Assembly: GCA_017134395.1 (NCBI GenBank)
Contig: CP070993.1
Location: forward strand, 398,199 to 462,198
Direction of reading: 5' to 3'
Length of the DNA: 64,000 nucleotides
Origin: Candidatus Kaiserbacteria bacterium
GTDB taxonomy: Bacteria; Patescibacteriota; Minisyncoccia; Phycocordibacterales; UBA2100
Shown: one piece after another, positions 28,679-39,481 of the stretch
Layout: every line of letters starts with the position of its first letter
Numbering within the stretch: the first letter of the stretch is position 1
Translations under genes and position numbers: made by a program
The notes under the pieces: model-generated
Seen by the model: only the letters and a program-made list of their open reading frames with translations
Told to the model about the DNA's origin: nothing
Databases searched by the model: none

Positions 28679-30126
28679 TCTACTTGTTGTAATCTCCCAA
28701 AGAGATTTTCTGGCTTTTTATTCTCCAATACTGCCTCCTTAATTATTCTATTCGTCTCAGGCATAAAGGGGTTCAGTAATCTTCCAATTGCATATAACTC
28801 TAGAGTTAATTCTTGAATTAACTCCTTCCCTGCTTCAACATCAACTTTTACGAGTTTAAATGGTTCTGTTGTCGTTATTTTTTCGTCCAGTTCACCTATC
28901 TGCTTCCACACATAATCAAGCGCTTGATCCATTCTAAAGTTCTCGATTGTCTCAGTATATTCTTTAGAAAATCCAACTACCTCAGGGCGCTCAACTGCAA
29001 CGTCTAAATGAGTTTCTGCTAACTTCATAATACGTGCAGTGAGGTTTCCTATACCATTAACCAAATCAGCTGTGTACCATTCATCAAGACGCTCCCACGT
29101 AACATCTGAATCATCAACAGGGTGCACATGCCGGAGCAGCATAAAACGCGTTGCGTCAGTTCCATATTTCTCTACAAGCTCAAAAGGATTGATTACATTT
29201 CCTAGTGATTTACTCATCTTTTGGCCCCCGCTGGTAATAAATCCATGATAAAAGATAGTATCGGTTGTCGGAAGCCCAGCTGAGAGTAGCATCGCCTGCC
29301 ATATAATACTTTGAAATCGAATCTGGTCCTTTCCAGCAACTTGCGTTGTTTGACCATCTTCCCAAAACTTCTTGTAATTTCCTTTCTCATCATGTGGCCA
29401 ACCCAGTGTCGAAATATAATTAGACAGAGCGTCAAACCATACATACATTACCTGTGACTCATCTCCGGGAGTCGGTATTCCCCAATTCATACGCGACACA
29501 TCACGAGAAATACTCAAATCCTCAAGACCGTTTTTAACAAAGGCAATCGCTTCTTCACGTCGCCATTGCGGCAGTATTGATTCTGGAGCATTAAGATACT
29601 CAATAAGAGCGTCTTCATACTTATGTAATGCAAAGAAATAATTTTCTTCTTCGATTTCTTGTGGCTCCATACTTGGGTGCGCAGGACACTTACCATCAAC
29701 AAGATCCGCATCCCGTAAGAACATTTCGTCACCAACGCAGTACAACCCTTTGTATGATTTTTTATATATGTCTCCCGCTGCTTCACAACGCTTCCATAGT
29801 TCAACTGCTGCAGCTTTATGCGCATCACTCGTTGTTCGTATAAAAGAATCGTTTGAGAGAGCCAAAGCGTCTTTTAATTTATTGAATTCGGCAGCAAAAT
29901 GGTCGACATACTCTTGAGTATCACGCCCTGCTTCTTGTGCCTTTTGGGCTATTTTTTGCCCGTGTTCATCGGTACCAGTACTAAAAAAAACTTCTTCCTC
30001 CATAAGTCGCCAAAATCGCGCCAACGTGTCAGCTTGTACAACCTCAAGCGCAAACCCTATATGTGGGTCTGCATTTACATACGGGAGTGTTGTTGTTATG
30101 TAGCGGGGTTTACTAGCCATTTTCAT
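28675..30126 (-). CDS. metG: Methionine--tRNA ligase (no C-terminal tRNA-binding domain)
   Basis: YITTTLPYVN..PHIG, GTDEHG, YVWFDAL, KMSKS. Confidence 0.96.
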   Translation of the reverse strand: MKMASKPRYITTTLPYVNADPHIGFALEVVQADTLARFWRLMEEEVFFSTGTDEHGQKIAQKAQEAGRDTQEYVDHFAAEFNKLKDALALSNDSFIRTTSDAHKAAAVELWKRCEAAGDIYKKSYKGLYCVGDEMFLRDADLVDGKCPAHPSMEPQEIEEENYFFALHKYEDALIEYLNAPESILPQWRREEAIAFVKNGLEDLSISRDVSRMNWGIPTPGDESQVMYVWFDALSNYISTLGWPHDEKGNYKKFWEDGQTTQVAGKDQIRFQSIIWQAMLLSAGLPTTDTIFYHGFITSGGQKMSKSLGNVINPFELVEKYGTDATRFMLLRHVHPVDDSDVTWERLDEWYTADLVNGIGNLTARIMKLAETHLDVAVERPEVVGFSKEYTETIENFRMDQALDYVWKQIGELDEKITTTEPFKLVKVDVEAGKELIQELTLELYAIGRLLNPFMPETNRIIKEAVLENKKPENLFGRLQQVE

Positions 30127-31168
30127 GTTCAGGAATATGCCGAGCCTTTTCCAGATCGTTAAATACCTCCTGTACTCCTGCAACAATAGGTACAGCAAGC
30201 AAGATGCCGAGTATACCTGCCAGCTTCGCTCCAATCAACAACGCGAGAATAACGAGAATTGGCGGTACACCAACAACTTTTGTAACCACCAGAGGATAGA
30301 TGAGATGATTTTCAAACTGCTGAATAATCAAAAAGAGTGCCACTACTACCAACGCTATAGCTGGCCCGCCGTTTACAAACGCAATAGCAACAGCAGGAAT
30401 AGCCGCTAGAATTGGACCAAATACTGGGATAAGTTCCATAATTCCTGCAATTACTGCCAATACAAGAGCGTACTGAATGCCTAAAATTGAAAGACCTAAA
30501 TAGGTCAAGACCCCAATGAGCACCGCAAGCAAAAACTGCCCTTGCATCCATAATCCTATTTTACGCTGTGTACGACGCCATAATCCCAACACATAGTTTT
30601 CGTGCTTGATAGGTGTCATCACCCGAAGGAACTCTTCAATTCCTTTCTCGTTAATTGCAAAATAAAATGAAAAGACAACGATGAGGAGGAAGCTTATTGC
30701 CCCACCGAATATCACACTGATAGCGGCAAGAAAGTTCCCCGAAGAAAGTCCGGAAAGGAGTGTATTGAGATCTCGTGTTGTATCGGCAAGTGAGAAATTG
30801 TTTATAAGGGAACGTGTTTCTAGTATTGCATCACCTTTTATGGCTTCTGCGGCGCCAATAGTCTCAAGGTAGGTAGGAAGTGAGGCTAGCAAAAGTGATG
30901 TTTCGTCGAGAACCGGAGGTAGTAAAAAGAATACGATACCGAAAAAAGTACCAAAAAACATGGCGTATACTACTAATACCGCTAACACACGGGGTACTTT
31001 GTACTTCATTAATCCCCGGGCCGCTGGCTCAATAGCTGACGCGATAACAATTGACGTAAGTACAATGAGCGCTAGCTCACGAAGTTGCCACAACAAAGTT
31101 GCTGCTGCCAAAACAAGCACAACCCGAATAATGGTCCCTGTAGTTATAGAGAAAGTAGCTCCATTCAT
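30113..31168 (-). CDS. AI-2E family transporter
   Basis: Multi-TM; LIPVFGP, QQFENHLIYP, GILG.LLAVP. Confidence 0.9.
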   Translation of the reverse strand: MNGATFSITTGTIIRVVLVLAAATLLWQLRELALIVLTSIVIASAIEPAARGLMKYKVPRVLAVLVVYAMFFGTFFGIVFFLLPPVLDETSLLLASLPTYLETIGAAEAIKGDAILETRSLINNFSLADTTRDLNTLLSGLSSGNFLAAISVIFGGAISFLLIVVFSFYFAINEKGIEEFLRVMTPIKHENYVLGLWRRTQRKIGLWMQGQFLLAVLIGVLTYLGLSILGIQYALVLAVIAGIMELIPVFGPILAAIPAVAIAFVNGGPAIALVVVALFLIIQQFENHLIYPLVVTKVVGVPPILVILALLIGAKLAGILGILLAVPIVAGVQEVFNDLEKARHIPEHENG

Positions 31169-31209
31169 GCTACAAGAATAGCACGCGTTACCAAATTTGG
31201 CGAAACGCT

Positions 31210-32514
31210 TTACGTGGTGACAAACGAAGTAAGCTCAGTAAGGGCGATACGCTTTTGTTCTCCAGTATCACGATCTCGCACAGTGACCGTATTGTCTCCA
31301 AGAGTATCGAAGTCTACAGTTACACAATACGGCGTACCAATTTCATCTTGACGGCGATAGCGCTTCCCTACATTCCCATTATCATCAAACATTACCTGAG
31401 GTATTGTCTCTTTCAGTTCTGAATAAATTTCACGTGCCTTTTCTACAAGTTCAGGACGATTCTTCATAAGTGGGAATACTGCAACCTTCACTGGTGCTAA
31501 TTCCGGTTTCAATTTCAAAAACACACGAGTTTCGCCGTTCATTTCGTCTTCTGTGTATGCGTCTGAAAGAACTGCCATTAACAATCTCTCGACACCAAAT
31601 GATGGCTCAATAACATGTGGTATAAACGGAGTACCCTCAACTGGTGTGTAGACCATCTTTTCACCACTTCCTTCCATATGACTCTTGAGATCATGGTCTG
31701 TTCGATATGCTAACCCAAGCAATTCATCAAAGCCTTTGCCTGGATAATTGTATTCGAAATCGATTGTACGCTTTGAGTAATGCGCAAGATCGCTACCTTC
31801 TACTTCAACTTCTCTTAGGTTATCACTCGAAAGTCCTAAATTACCCAAGAAGTCACGGATAGTTTCTTGCCACTTCTCAAATTCGGCTTGCCATGAATTC
31901 TCTTCAACGAAATATTCGATTTCCATCTGTTCGAATTCGCGTGTACGAAAAACAAAATCTCGTGGTGCTATCTCGTTACGAAACGCCTTACCTATTTGAG
32001 CAATACCAAACGGCAGTTTAGGACGCATAGTATCTATAACGTTCTTGAAGTTTACAAAAATACCTTGAGCAGTTTCCGGCCGAAGATAGCTTTTCATATC
32101 CCCTTGGGCACCAACTTTAGTTTCGAACATGAGGTTAAAATCTCTTTTTTCGCCAAGTGCCCCCTTACACTCTGGGCATACACTCGTGTTCTCAAGATGA
32201 TCTACACGAAAACGTCTTTTGCATTTCTCGCATTCTACTAGTGGATCAGTGAACCCCGCTCCAGTATGTCCACTTACTTCCCACACTTTCTCATTCATTA
32301 AAATAGACGCATCAAGACCATGCATATCGTCTCGCTTTTCGACAAATGTATCCCACCACAATTTCTTTATATTATTCTTCAGGGTAACTCCTAATGGACC
32401 ATAGTCGTATGTACCGGCTAACCCTCCATAAATATCAGACCCTTGAAAAATAAACCCTCGCCGCTTTGCCAGACTCACTATTTTTTCCATTGTTGTATTT
32501 TCTGCTTTTTCCAT
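31210..32514 (-). CDS. glyQS: Glycine--tRNA ligase (alpha2 type)
   Basis: KRRGF, YDYGPLG, LRPETAQGIF, FRTREFEQME, GKRYRRQDEIGTP. Confidence 0.96.
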   Translation of the reverse strand: MEKAENTTMEKIVSLAKRRGFIFQGSDIYGGLAGTYDYGPLGVTLKNNIKKLWWDTFVEKRDDMHGLDASILMNEKVWEVSGHTGAGFTDPLVECEKCKRRFRVDHLENTSVCPECKGALGEKRDFNLMFETKVGAQGDMKSYLRPETAQGIFVNFKNVIDTMRPKLPFGIAQIGKAFRNEIAPRDFVFRTREFEQMEIEYFVEENSWQAEFEKWQETIRDFLGNLGLSSDNLREVEVEGSDLAHYSKRTIDFEYNYPGKGFDELLGLAYRTDHDLKSHMEGSGEKMVYTPVEGTPFIPHVIEPSFGVERLLMAVLSDAYTEDEMNGETRVFLKLKPELAPVKVAVFPLMKNRPELVEKAREIYSELKETIPQVMFDDNGNVGKRYRRQDEIGTPYCVTVDFDTLGDNTVTVRDRDTGEQKRIALTELTSFVTT

Positions 32515-32530
32515 GAGGAAACTATACACG

Positions 32531-34510
32531 CTACCGTACAATCACACCATACGTGTCGGTGAAATCGACTTCGTCCAAATTCGTTGTTAATTCTGGTATT
32601 TCAATATTGATAAGAGCATCAGTGAAGTCGTCTACGCCAGTGAATTTTTGGTTCTCAACAATGGGTGGCACCTCACCGACTTGGCTTGTACTTGGTACTA
32701 ATCCGATTGAGAATACAATTCTCCGTGGCGGCTGCCCCCTGAAGCCAGTGTTGGCAAACAATTTTCCGACATTCCAAGTGACAACTCCGTTATTTTCATT
32801 AAAGGTAACGTACTCTGCTGAAGGGCTCACCGTTCCAAGCCACCGTACATATGGCGGTAGCGTTGCAGTCATCTTTGCATCTTTTACAAGATTTGATGTG
32901 TTCTCTATCTCCCACAAAATTCCGTATGTCGTTTCGTTTTCTACCTTTGGCGGCAGTGGGCCTACACTTCCTAATGGGTTTTCAAAATAGAGTGCACGGC
33001 CTGTGATGCTCGTGTCTGTTTTGACTTTAACACTTTCACTGACTGTTGATTGAATTGTTTCTGGCACTGAACCTTCGGAAAGCCTCTGTCCTGCAGCGTG
33101 AAGTTCGATTTTTATAGTCGGATTCTCTGTTCCTATTAAATTCTGTATTGTTTTAGGAGATAGTCGTATTACAAAGCTTCCACTTGCACCAGCTGGTACT
33201 TGCTCAAGCACGCCACCTGTTGTTGTCTTGTCCCACAGCACGACTGAATCGATTGATCGGAAAAAGCCACGTTCAGCAGAAATGTTAAATGGATCCAAAC
33301 CATCGCCGCTCAGTGTTGCTGCAATCACAACATCAGAAAGCGAAATAGCTAAATTGTTCGTCCACGTAAGTCGTATTGGAAATATCTCCCCTGCTGTCGC
33401 CACATATTCTTCGGCGGGTAGGTCGTTATAATCAAGTGTCATCCCAAGAAATGGTCGAGTCACATTAACTTCTTGTTCAAAATCTGCAAGCACAACATCA
33501 ACTTTTTTTGAAGCCCTATCGCTGCGGGTTCCCGCTACAAATTTAAATACTCGCGCGTCACCTGTTTGCCCATCTAATACGCCGAGAATACGCACCGTCT
33601 TTGTCTCACCAGGCTCCATACTCCCCAACTGCCACAAGTCACCAGAACCTCTTTCAGGAGATGTTGCAGTCTCTGAAAATCCAAACGGATATGATGCACT
33701 CATAACCACATCGTCCACAACTGTTTTGGCGCGAGACGTTACCGTAGCGGTCATGTCTACCGCCTGCCCTGCTACTGCTTGCGAATTTGCATCAAGAGAG
33801 ATTTCCAATGTACCAGAAGATACCAGGACCGAATGCTTTGAGTCTGCAACAAAGAGTGCACTTGAACCGCTGAGTCGGTATTCAACTGATACAGTAATAT
33901 CCTGATGTTCCCCGGTACGTCCGAATAAAATACCGCGAACTGTCCCGTTTCGAGTACCTCCTGACTCAATGGTTCCGAGAGGAATTCTTTGTGTTTCCAT
34001 TAGAACACTCGGGTCAGATGGCAATCGAGTTCCTGATGGGTATTCCACTATAAGATCAGCAAGTTCAAGAGTTGCACTGTTGTTATTTTGCACCGCTATT
34101 TGTAGCTCAACAACTTCCCCACCTTCAATTGTTCGTGGGCCATTTATGTCTATTTGTATCTTCTGAGCAGTTATTGTGTTCGAGCCAGATGCTAAAAAGA
34201 ACACAGCAATACCCCCAGCTATAACGGTAAAAATAATCGCTGCAACCAACAAAAGGACTGACGGTGAATACATACTAAGCACTGATGTTTTTCTTTTTGT
34301 GACAAGAGGCGCCTGTGGCGGTACGTTCGCTTTTGCTGGCTCAATCCAATCGTCAGCTATCTTACGTTCAACATCACTAAGACGACGACGTGGGCGCTTT
34401 CCCGGTTGCGTTTTTCTTGAGTACATTTGATCTTTCAAACGTCCCAGTCTTCCAGGATCACTAAACTCAGGCGAAGAATCGCCTGGCTTTTCTATTCCGT
34501 CAGTATTCAT
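32531..34510 (-). CDS. Membrane-anchored multi-Ig-domain hypothetical protein
   Basis: 659 aa, one TM, repeated beta domains, GPLPPKV..ETTY...W. Confidence 0.75.
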   Translation of the reverse strand: MNTDGIEKPGDSSPEFSDPGRLGRLKDQMYSRKTQPGKRPRRRLSDVERKIADDWIEPAKANVPPQAPLVTKRKTSVLSMYSPSVLLLVAAIIFTVIAGGIAVFFLASGSNTITAQKIQIDINGPRTIEGGEVVELQIAVQNNNSATLELADLIVEYPSGTRLPSDPSVLMETQRIPLGTIESGGTRNGTVRGILFGRTGEHQDITVSVEYRLSGSSALFVADSKHSVLVSSGTLEISLDANSQAVAGQAVDMTATVTSRAKTVVDDVVMSASYPFGFSETATSPERGSGDLWQLGSMEPGETKTVRILGVLDGQTGDARVFKFVAGTRSDRASKKVDVVLADFEQEVNVTRPFLGMTLDYNDLPAEEYVATAGEIFPIRLTWTNNLAISLSDVVIAATLSGDGLDPFNISAERGFFRSIDSVVLWDKTTTGGVLEQVPAGASGSFVIRLSPKTIQNLIGTENPTIKIELHAAGQRLSEGSVPETIQSTVSESVKVKTDTSITGRALYFENPLGSVGPLPPKVENETTYGILWEIENTSNLVKDAKMTATLPPYVRWLGTVSPSAEYVTFNENNGVVTWNVGKLFANTGFRGQPPRRIVFSIGLVPSTSQVGEVPPIVENQKFTGVDDFTDALINIEIPELTTNLDEVDFTDTYGVIVR

Positions 34511-34567
34511 TGCTAAAGTATAGCAAACTACCTACATGATGGTTCATAGCTGCCAGTTGATAGCTTC

Positions 34568-35140
34568 CTACAACTGACTTTCAGAAAGACCTGAATTGAT
34601 GTCATCCACCATTTTATTTTCGATAATAGAAGCCTTCGTGATAGTCTCGTCACTAAAATCGTCGGTGTCGATGATTCCTTTGTACTCTGAAGTACGTGAT
34701 AAGTATCCAAGCTGATACAGTACCCGAGCAACAGCAAGTATTTCGACCATCTTCCCATTTGTCTCATCAATAAGTAATGTGTCGTATGCTTTTTTAACTA
34801 TGGTGAACACCTCTTTATTTTCTTCATCTGTCGGCATAACGCGCCGAACCAATGTTGCAATACGCCCAAAAATCTCAATTGCAGAAGGTGGTAGTTTCTC
34901 TTTGTGGTTATTTTCAGCACCAGTAAGACGCCAGAGTCCGCGACCACGAACAAGTGATGTGCGCGTATATGAAAGATCACCTAATGAGTACCGCAGTTTA
35001 GATGTTTCTTCTCTCACGCTTCTGGCACTGGCAAAAACCAACCCTAAATCTTCGGTTAGTAACCAAAATAACTTATCAGCGTCTTGTACATTCGCGCTAC
35101 TTAAAACAAAAGCACTGGTTGTGTGAACGTCGTGTGCCAT
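34568..35140 (-). CDS. recO: DNA repair protein RecO (short form)
   Basis: N-terminal OB: VL.......ADK...LLTEDLG...A.ARSVR...SKL. Confidence 0.8.
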   Translation of the reverse strand: MAHDVHTTSAFVLSSANVQDADKLFWLLTEDLGLVFASARSVREETSKLRYSLGDLSYTRTSLVRGRGLWRLTGAENNHKEKLPPSAIEIFGRIATLVRRVMPTDEENKEVFTIVKKAYDTLLIDETNGKMVEILAVARVLYQLGYLSRTSEYKGIIDTDDFSDETITKASIIENKMVDDINSGLSESQL

Positions 35141-35144
35141 GAAA

Positions 35145-38018
35145 TTAGCTCTTCTCTACTTCTACCAAAGTTTCTTCTTGTGTTACGCTAGCAGAAACTA
35201 CCGTGTTCGTTTGAGATTCAATCTCTTCCTTATATTCAGTAACTGCTGCAATGAGCTCGGCTGGTCCGGATATTGTAACGATACCCTTATCATTTAATTC
35301 AAAACTTTGTTGTTTACGTGCTCCTTGAATTTCCCGAATCAATTCGCGGATATCTCCCTCTTTCTGTAGCTGCTTAGTTATAACCGTATCAAGCTCAACA
35401 GCTTCCTTTATTGATGTATCCACTGTTGCCACTTTCACGTTTACTTCATCTTTAATGAGCTCGAGATAATCTGGTGCGAGTTCATCTTTTATAGTCAATG
35501 CTGTAAGTGGTTGTCGAATCTTAATTTTAGCCTCTGCGCGTTTCTCTAGTGCAATAGAAACGGTTTCTCGCGCGCGACTCATTGACTCAAGTACAGCTTC
35601 TTGCGGTTCTTTTACCTGACACCAGTGTGCAAGATGCACACTTTCTGGGTCACCTGCCTGCGCAGGCAGGTCTTCTCGTTTTGTGTGTTGCCAAAGCCAG
35701 TCTGCAATAAATGGTGTAAACGGTGCACTTATTTTTGCGTATTTACGCAACACCCAACGAATTGTTGAAAGAGCCGCCTGCATATCTTGTGTATCATCGC
35801 TCTTGAGTCTATCTCTGGAACGTCGTATGTACCACGTAGATAGATCGTCTACAAAATCACCAAGTGGACGTGTTGCCCTATCAAGTTCGTACGCATCCAT
35901 TGATTTGGTCACTTGAGCATGTAGCTCATGAGCGCGAGCAACAATCCACTGATCCAAAATATGTGTACTATCGCTTTTCGGGTCATGCTCAATGCTGTCT
36001 TTATATAATTCGTAGAATGAATAGACATTTGCAAGGCGCCCTATAACTTTTGAAGCAACTTGAGCAACTCCGTCTTCAGTAAACCTCATGTTTTCTGCCC
36101 TCACCCCTGTGCTAGAGAGTAGGAACAATCGCATAGCATCTGCACCGTATGCATCTATTACTTTTTTTGGGTCTGGATAATTTTGCAGTCGTTTGCTCAT
36201 TTTTTTACCATCTTCTGCGAGAACAATGCCGTTAACTACCACATTACTAAATACGTTTTTCCCAAACAGCGCAGTACCTAATACATGTTGGTAATAAAAC
36301 CACTTAGAAATTTGATCTTGACCTTCGGCAATGAAATCGGCAGGAATGCGTGCATTAACTACATCTTTGTTTTCGAATGGGTAATGATACGAAGCATAAG
36401 GTACTGAACCAGAGTTGAACCAAGTATCAAGCACATCTGGCACCCGCTTCATTACACCTGCGCACTCACATGGAACAGTTATTTCATCCACTACATCTTT
36501 ATGTAAATCTTCGACTGTTTTCCCGCTTTCTTTTTCAAGTTCCGCTGCTGAACCGAATACTTTATCCTTATTACATTTTTCACAGCGCCATACGGGAATT
36601 GTATTAGCCCAAAAACGCTGCCTAGAGATAGACCAGTCTCGCGCACCTTCTAACCATTGCCCCCAACGTCCGTCTTTAATATGTTCTGGTGACCAATTTA
36701 TGTTTTTTGCTTCCTCGAGTAGTTGGGGCTTTATTTTCTCAACAGCTACGAACCATGAGCTGGTTGCGTAGTTAATAAGTGGGGTGTCACAACGCCAACA
36801 GTGTGGATACGAGTGTTCGTATTTTTCTTTCGCAAACAGTAACTCTTTACCAGCAAGATATTTGATTACCTCTACATCGGTCGACTGATGGTCATCAATT
36901 GGCTTTACGCTGAGTCCTGCCAATTCAGTAACTTCAGGCGCAATGATACCGTCCATGCCTACATGTTTAAGCACAGGAAGATTTTCTTTTTGAGCAAGTT
37001 CGAGGTCATCGGCACCGAATGCTGGCGCAACATGTACAATTCCGGTACCGTCTTCTGTATTTACAAAATCTGTTGCATATACCTTCCATGCATTTTCTCT
37101 ATTTTTAAGAGTCCCATCGCTCACGTATGAACTAAAAGGTGGCTCATATTCCAATCCAACAAGTTCGCTCCCCTTCCATTCTTTGTAATGACTAGGATTG
37201 TCCTCGCCAACAATACTTTTCGTCATGATGTATTCACCTTCATGCTCTTCTGATTTCGCGTTGATATACGCTATATCATTGCCTACAGCAAGTGCGACAT
37301 TACCTGGTAATGTCCATGGCGTAGTAGTCCATGCCAACAGGTATACATCACCCGAGAGCCCTATTTTTTCTGGATTTTTTAGCTTAAATTTAGCCGTCAC
37401 TGCCAAATCTTTAATATCAGCATACCCTTCAGTAACTTCCGATTGTGCAAGTGTTGTCTCACACCTTGGGCAAATATGCATTGAGCGATAGTCTTCATAG
37501 ACCAACCCTTTTTCGTACAGTGTTTTAAAAGCCCACCACTCGCTTTCCATATAGCTTTTGTCCATGGTGCGATACGGATTCTCCATATCTGCCCACCGCC
37601 CAAAACGCGGGATGAATTCGTTCCAAGCTTCAGCGTATGTAAAAATCTTCTCACGACAAAGATTGTTGAATTTCACTATACCGAGTTCTTCAATCTCTTT
37701 TTTAGTAGTAGTACCAAGTTCTTTTTCAACAATGTTCTCAATCGGCAATCCATGACAGTCCCATCCCCATTGTCTTTTTACCCTAAACCCCTTCATAGTC
37801 CAATAGCGCGGCACCGCATCCTTCAAAGAGCTTCCAATGAGGTGTCCGTGATGAGGTGCTCCTGTTGCAAATGGGGGTCCGTCATAAAAAACGTAGTCGC
37901 CGTTTGGAGCTTCTTTCTCTACTGATTTATTGAAAATGTCGTTCGCATTCCAGAACTCCAACGTTTCTTCTTCGCGCAGGGCGACATCACTTTTTTTTCT
38001 ATCTGAGTTATCGGACAT
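35145..38018 (-). CDS. ileS: Isoleucine--tRNA ligase (type 2)
   Basis: YDGPPFATG.PH.GH, GWDCHGLP, WTTTPWTLP, DWSISRQRFW, KMSKRL. Confidence 0.96.
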   Translation of the reverse strand: MSDNSDRKKSDVALREEETLEFWNANDIFNKSVEKEAPNGDYVFYDGPPFATGAPHHGHLIGSSLKDAVPRYWTMKGFRVKRQWGWDCHGLPIENIVEKELGTTTKKEIEELGIVKFNNLCREKIFTYAEAWNEFIPRFGRWADMENPYRTMDKSYMESEWWAFKTLYEKGLVYEDYRSMHICPRCETTLAQSEVTEGYADIKDLAVTAKFKLKNPEKIGLSGDVYLLAWTTTPWTLPGNVALAVGNDIAYINAKSEEHEGEYIMTKSIVGEDNPSHYKEWKGSELVGLEYEPPFSSYVSDGTLKNRENAWKVYATDFVNTEDGTGIVHVAPAFGADDLELAQKENLPVLKHVGMDGIIAPEVTELAGLSVKPIDDHQSTDVEVIKYLAGKELLFAKEKYEHSYPHCWRCDTPLINYATSSWFVAVEKIKPQLLEEAKNINWSPEHIKDGRWGQWLEGARDWSISRQRFWANTIPVWRCEKCNKDKVFGSAAELEKESGKTVEDLHKDVVDEITVPCECAGVMKRVPDVLDTWFNSGSVPYASYHYPFENKDVVNARIPADFIAEGQDQISKWFYYQHVLGTALFGKNVFSNVVVNGIVLAEDGKKMSKRLQNYPDPKKVIDAYGADAMRLFLLSSTGVRAENMRFTEDGVAQVASKVIGRLANVYSFYELYKDSIEHDPKSDSTHILDQWIVARAHELHAQVTKSMDAYELDRATRPLGDFVDDLSTWYIRRSRDRLKSDDTQDMQAALSTIRWVLRKYAKISAPFTPFIADWLWQHTKREDLPAQAGDPESVHLAHWCQVKEPQEAVLESMSRARETVSIALEKRAEAKIKIRQPLTALTIKDELAPDYLELIKDEVNVKVATVDTSIKEAVELDTVITKQLQKEGDIRELIREIQGARKQQSFELNDKGIVTISGPAELIAAVTEYKEEIESQTNTVVSASVTQEETLVEVEKS
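35652..35671. repeat. Perfect 20-bp palindrome inside ileS
   Basis: ACCTGCCTGCGCAGGCAGGT encoding (D)LPAQAG. Confidence 0.7.
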
Positions 38019-38072
38019 ACGAACTATCCTAGCAGAATATAGCTCTATAATACAACGTGGTACAGTGTTCGT

Positions 38073-38681
38073 ATGCCTAAAAAAGTCCTGACTCATTTCA
38101 AGAAACACGACTCTGTCCTCTACCAGGCAATACAGCAGTTTGAAGGTGAGCTTCGCGGTGGGCCGGAAATTAAGAAAGATTTATTCAGCAGTTTGTGTCG
38201 CACCATCGTCGGACAACAACTCTCAGGCAAGGCAGCGTACGCCATTTGGAATAAATTTCGGGTGCTTTTTCCACACAAGAAGCCAACAGCAGCATATATG
38301 CTTACATTAAACGAAGTGCAGCTACGTGAAAGCGGTATTTCTTTCGCAAAAATACGTTCCATTCAAGATTTGAGTGAGCGCGTATCGAGTCGCTCACTTC
38401 GCCTTAATACACTTCGCACGTTATCTGTTGACGATGCCAAGATAGCACTTCAAGAAGTTAAAGGTATTGGACCGTGGAGTAGTGAAATGTTTCTAATGTT
38501 TGCACTTGGACATGAAGATATCTTTTCTGTAGGTGACTTAGGACTGCGTAAAGGAATACAAAAAATATACGGCCACACCACTCTTCCATCGGTAGAAGAA
38601 ATGGAGGAGCTTGCACAAAACTGGAGCCCGTATCGCACCTACGCCGCCTGCGCCATTTGGAGCATTTTAGATAACCAATAA
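38073..38681 (+). CDS. alkA: DNA-3-methyladenine glycosylase II (AlkA family)
   Basis: IVGQQLS.KAA, HhH motif VKGIGPWS, D.F..GDLG, WSPYR. Confidence 0.88.
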   Translation: MPKKVLTHFKKHDSVLYQAIQQFEGELRGGPEIKKDLFSSLCRTIVGQQLSGKAAYAIWNKFRVLFPHKKPTAAYMLTLNEVQLRESGISFAKIRSIQDLSERVSSRSLRLNTLRTLSVDDAKIALQEVKGIGPWSSEMFLMFALGHEDIFSVGDLGLRKGIQKIYGHTTLPSVEEMEELAQNWSPYRTYAACAIWSILDNQ

Positions 38682-38719
38682 AAAACCGCCCGTGAATAGA
38701 CACAGGCGGAATTTCGCTG

Positions 38720-39034
38720 CTAAAGAGCAAGGAGCATAGGTTTCCTCTTTACCATAAATCCGCCATCATCAGGACGGACTGCCCGAAGCGCATCAGCTAT
38801 GGCATCAGGGATATCCGATTCGCTTTTCACTTCCCACTCCCACAGAACATCTTCGTCTTCAGGGTTTTTCTGAGAGCAGAGAAACACAAAGTCATCAGGA
38901 TTCTCTTTCAAACGCTTCCTCAGCAATCTTCTCAACCTAATCGGATCCCTATTAATCGGAGTTTTGTTCGTGGCTGCGCCAATTTCTTCAGCTTTCTCGG
39001 TAAAAAAATCTGAAGAATTTTCTGATTTTGGCAT
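38720..39034 (-). CDS. Hypothetical protein
   Basis: 104-aa ORF with AAGGAGG SD and flanking hairpins. Confidence 0.6.
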   Translation of the reverse strand: MPKSENSSDFFTEKAEEIGAATNKTPINRDPIRLRRLLRKRLKENPDDFVFLCSQKNPEDEDVLWEWEVKSESDIPDAIADALRAVRPDDGGFMVKRKPMLLAL

Positions 39035-39158
39035 TGAAGCCTCCTTTCATGGTTCACGGCCTAATGTGCCTCTAATGCGAAGTATACATATAACAAAGAG
39101 AAAGAGAAGCCGCCTAATCGAAATCAAGCGGCTTTAGGTTCGAATGGATGTCACTCAG

Positions 39159-39359
39159 TCAATCATCTTTGATTACGACACCATTGCCCATGACTGCTGC
39201 ATGCTTAAGAATTTTTTGTGTCTCATTAGAGATTTCTGAAGTATCCCTAATTTGAACACTCATTCCCGAGCCTGCTGCCTCAAGTTCAATAGGTAAGCCG
39301 TGCTCATCAATTGCACTTCTGAGTGTATCGTATGAACAAAAACACTCTTTCTGTAACAT
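39159..39359 (-). CDS. Small hypothetical protein
   Basis: 66-aa ORF with purine-rich AAGGAAAGG upstream. Confidence 0.5.
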   Translation of the reverse strand: MLQKECFCSYDTLRSAIDEHGLPIELEAAGSGMSVQIRDTSEISNETQKILKHAAVMGNGVVIKDD

Positions 39360-39481
39360 GACCTTTCCTTCCTTCTTTCCAAATTAATGGAAACTATCTA
39401 ATAAGCGTACTCCTGCTGTCTACAGGTTACCACCAACTTTATCCCCAGATTATATGTAGATGCCCACAGGTTATCTACAGT

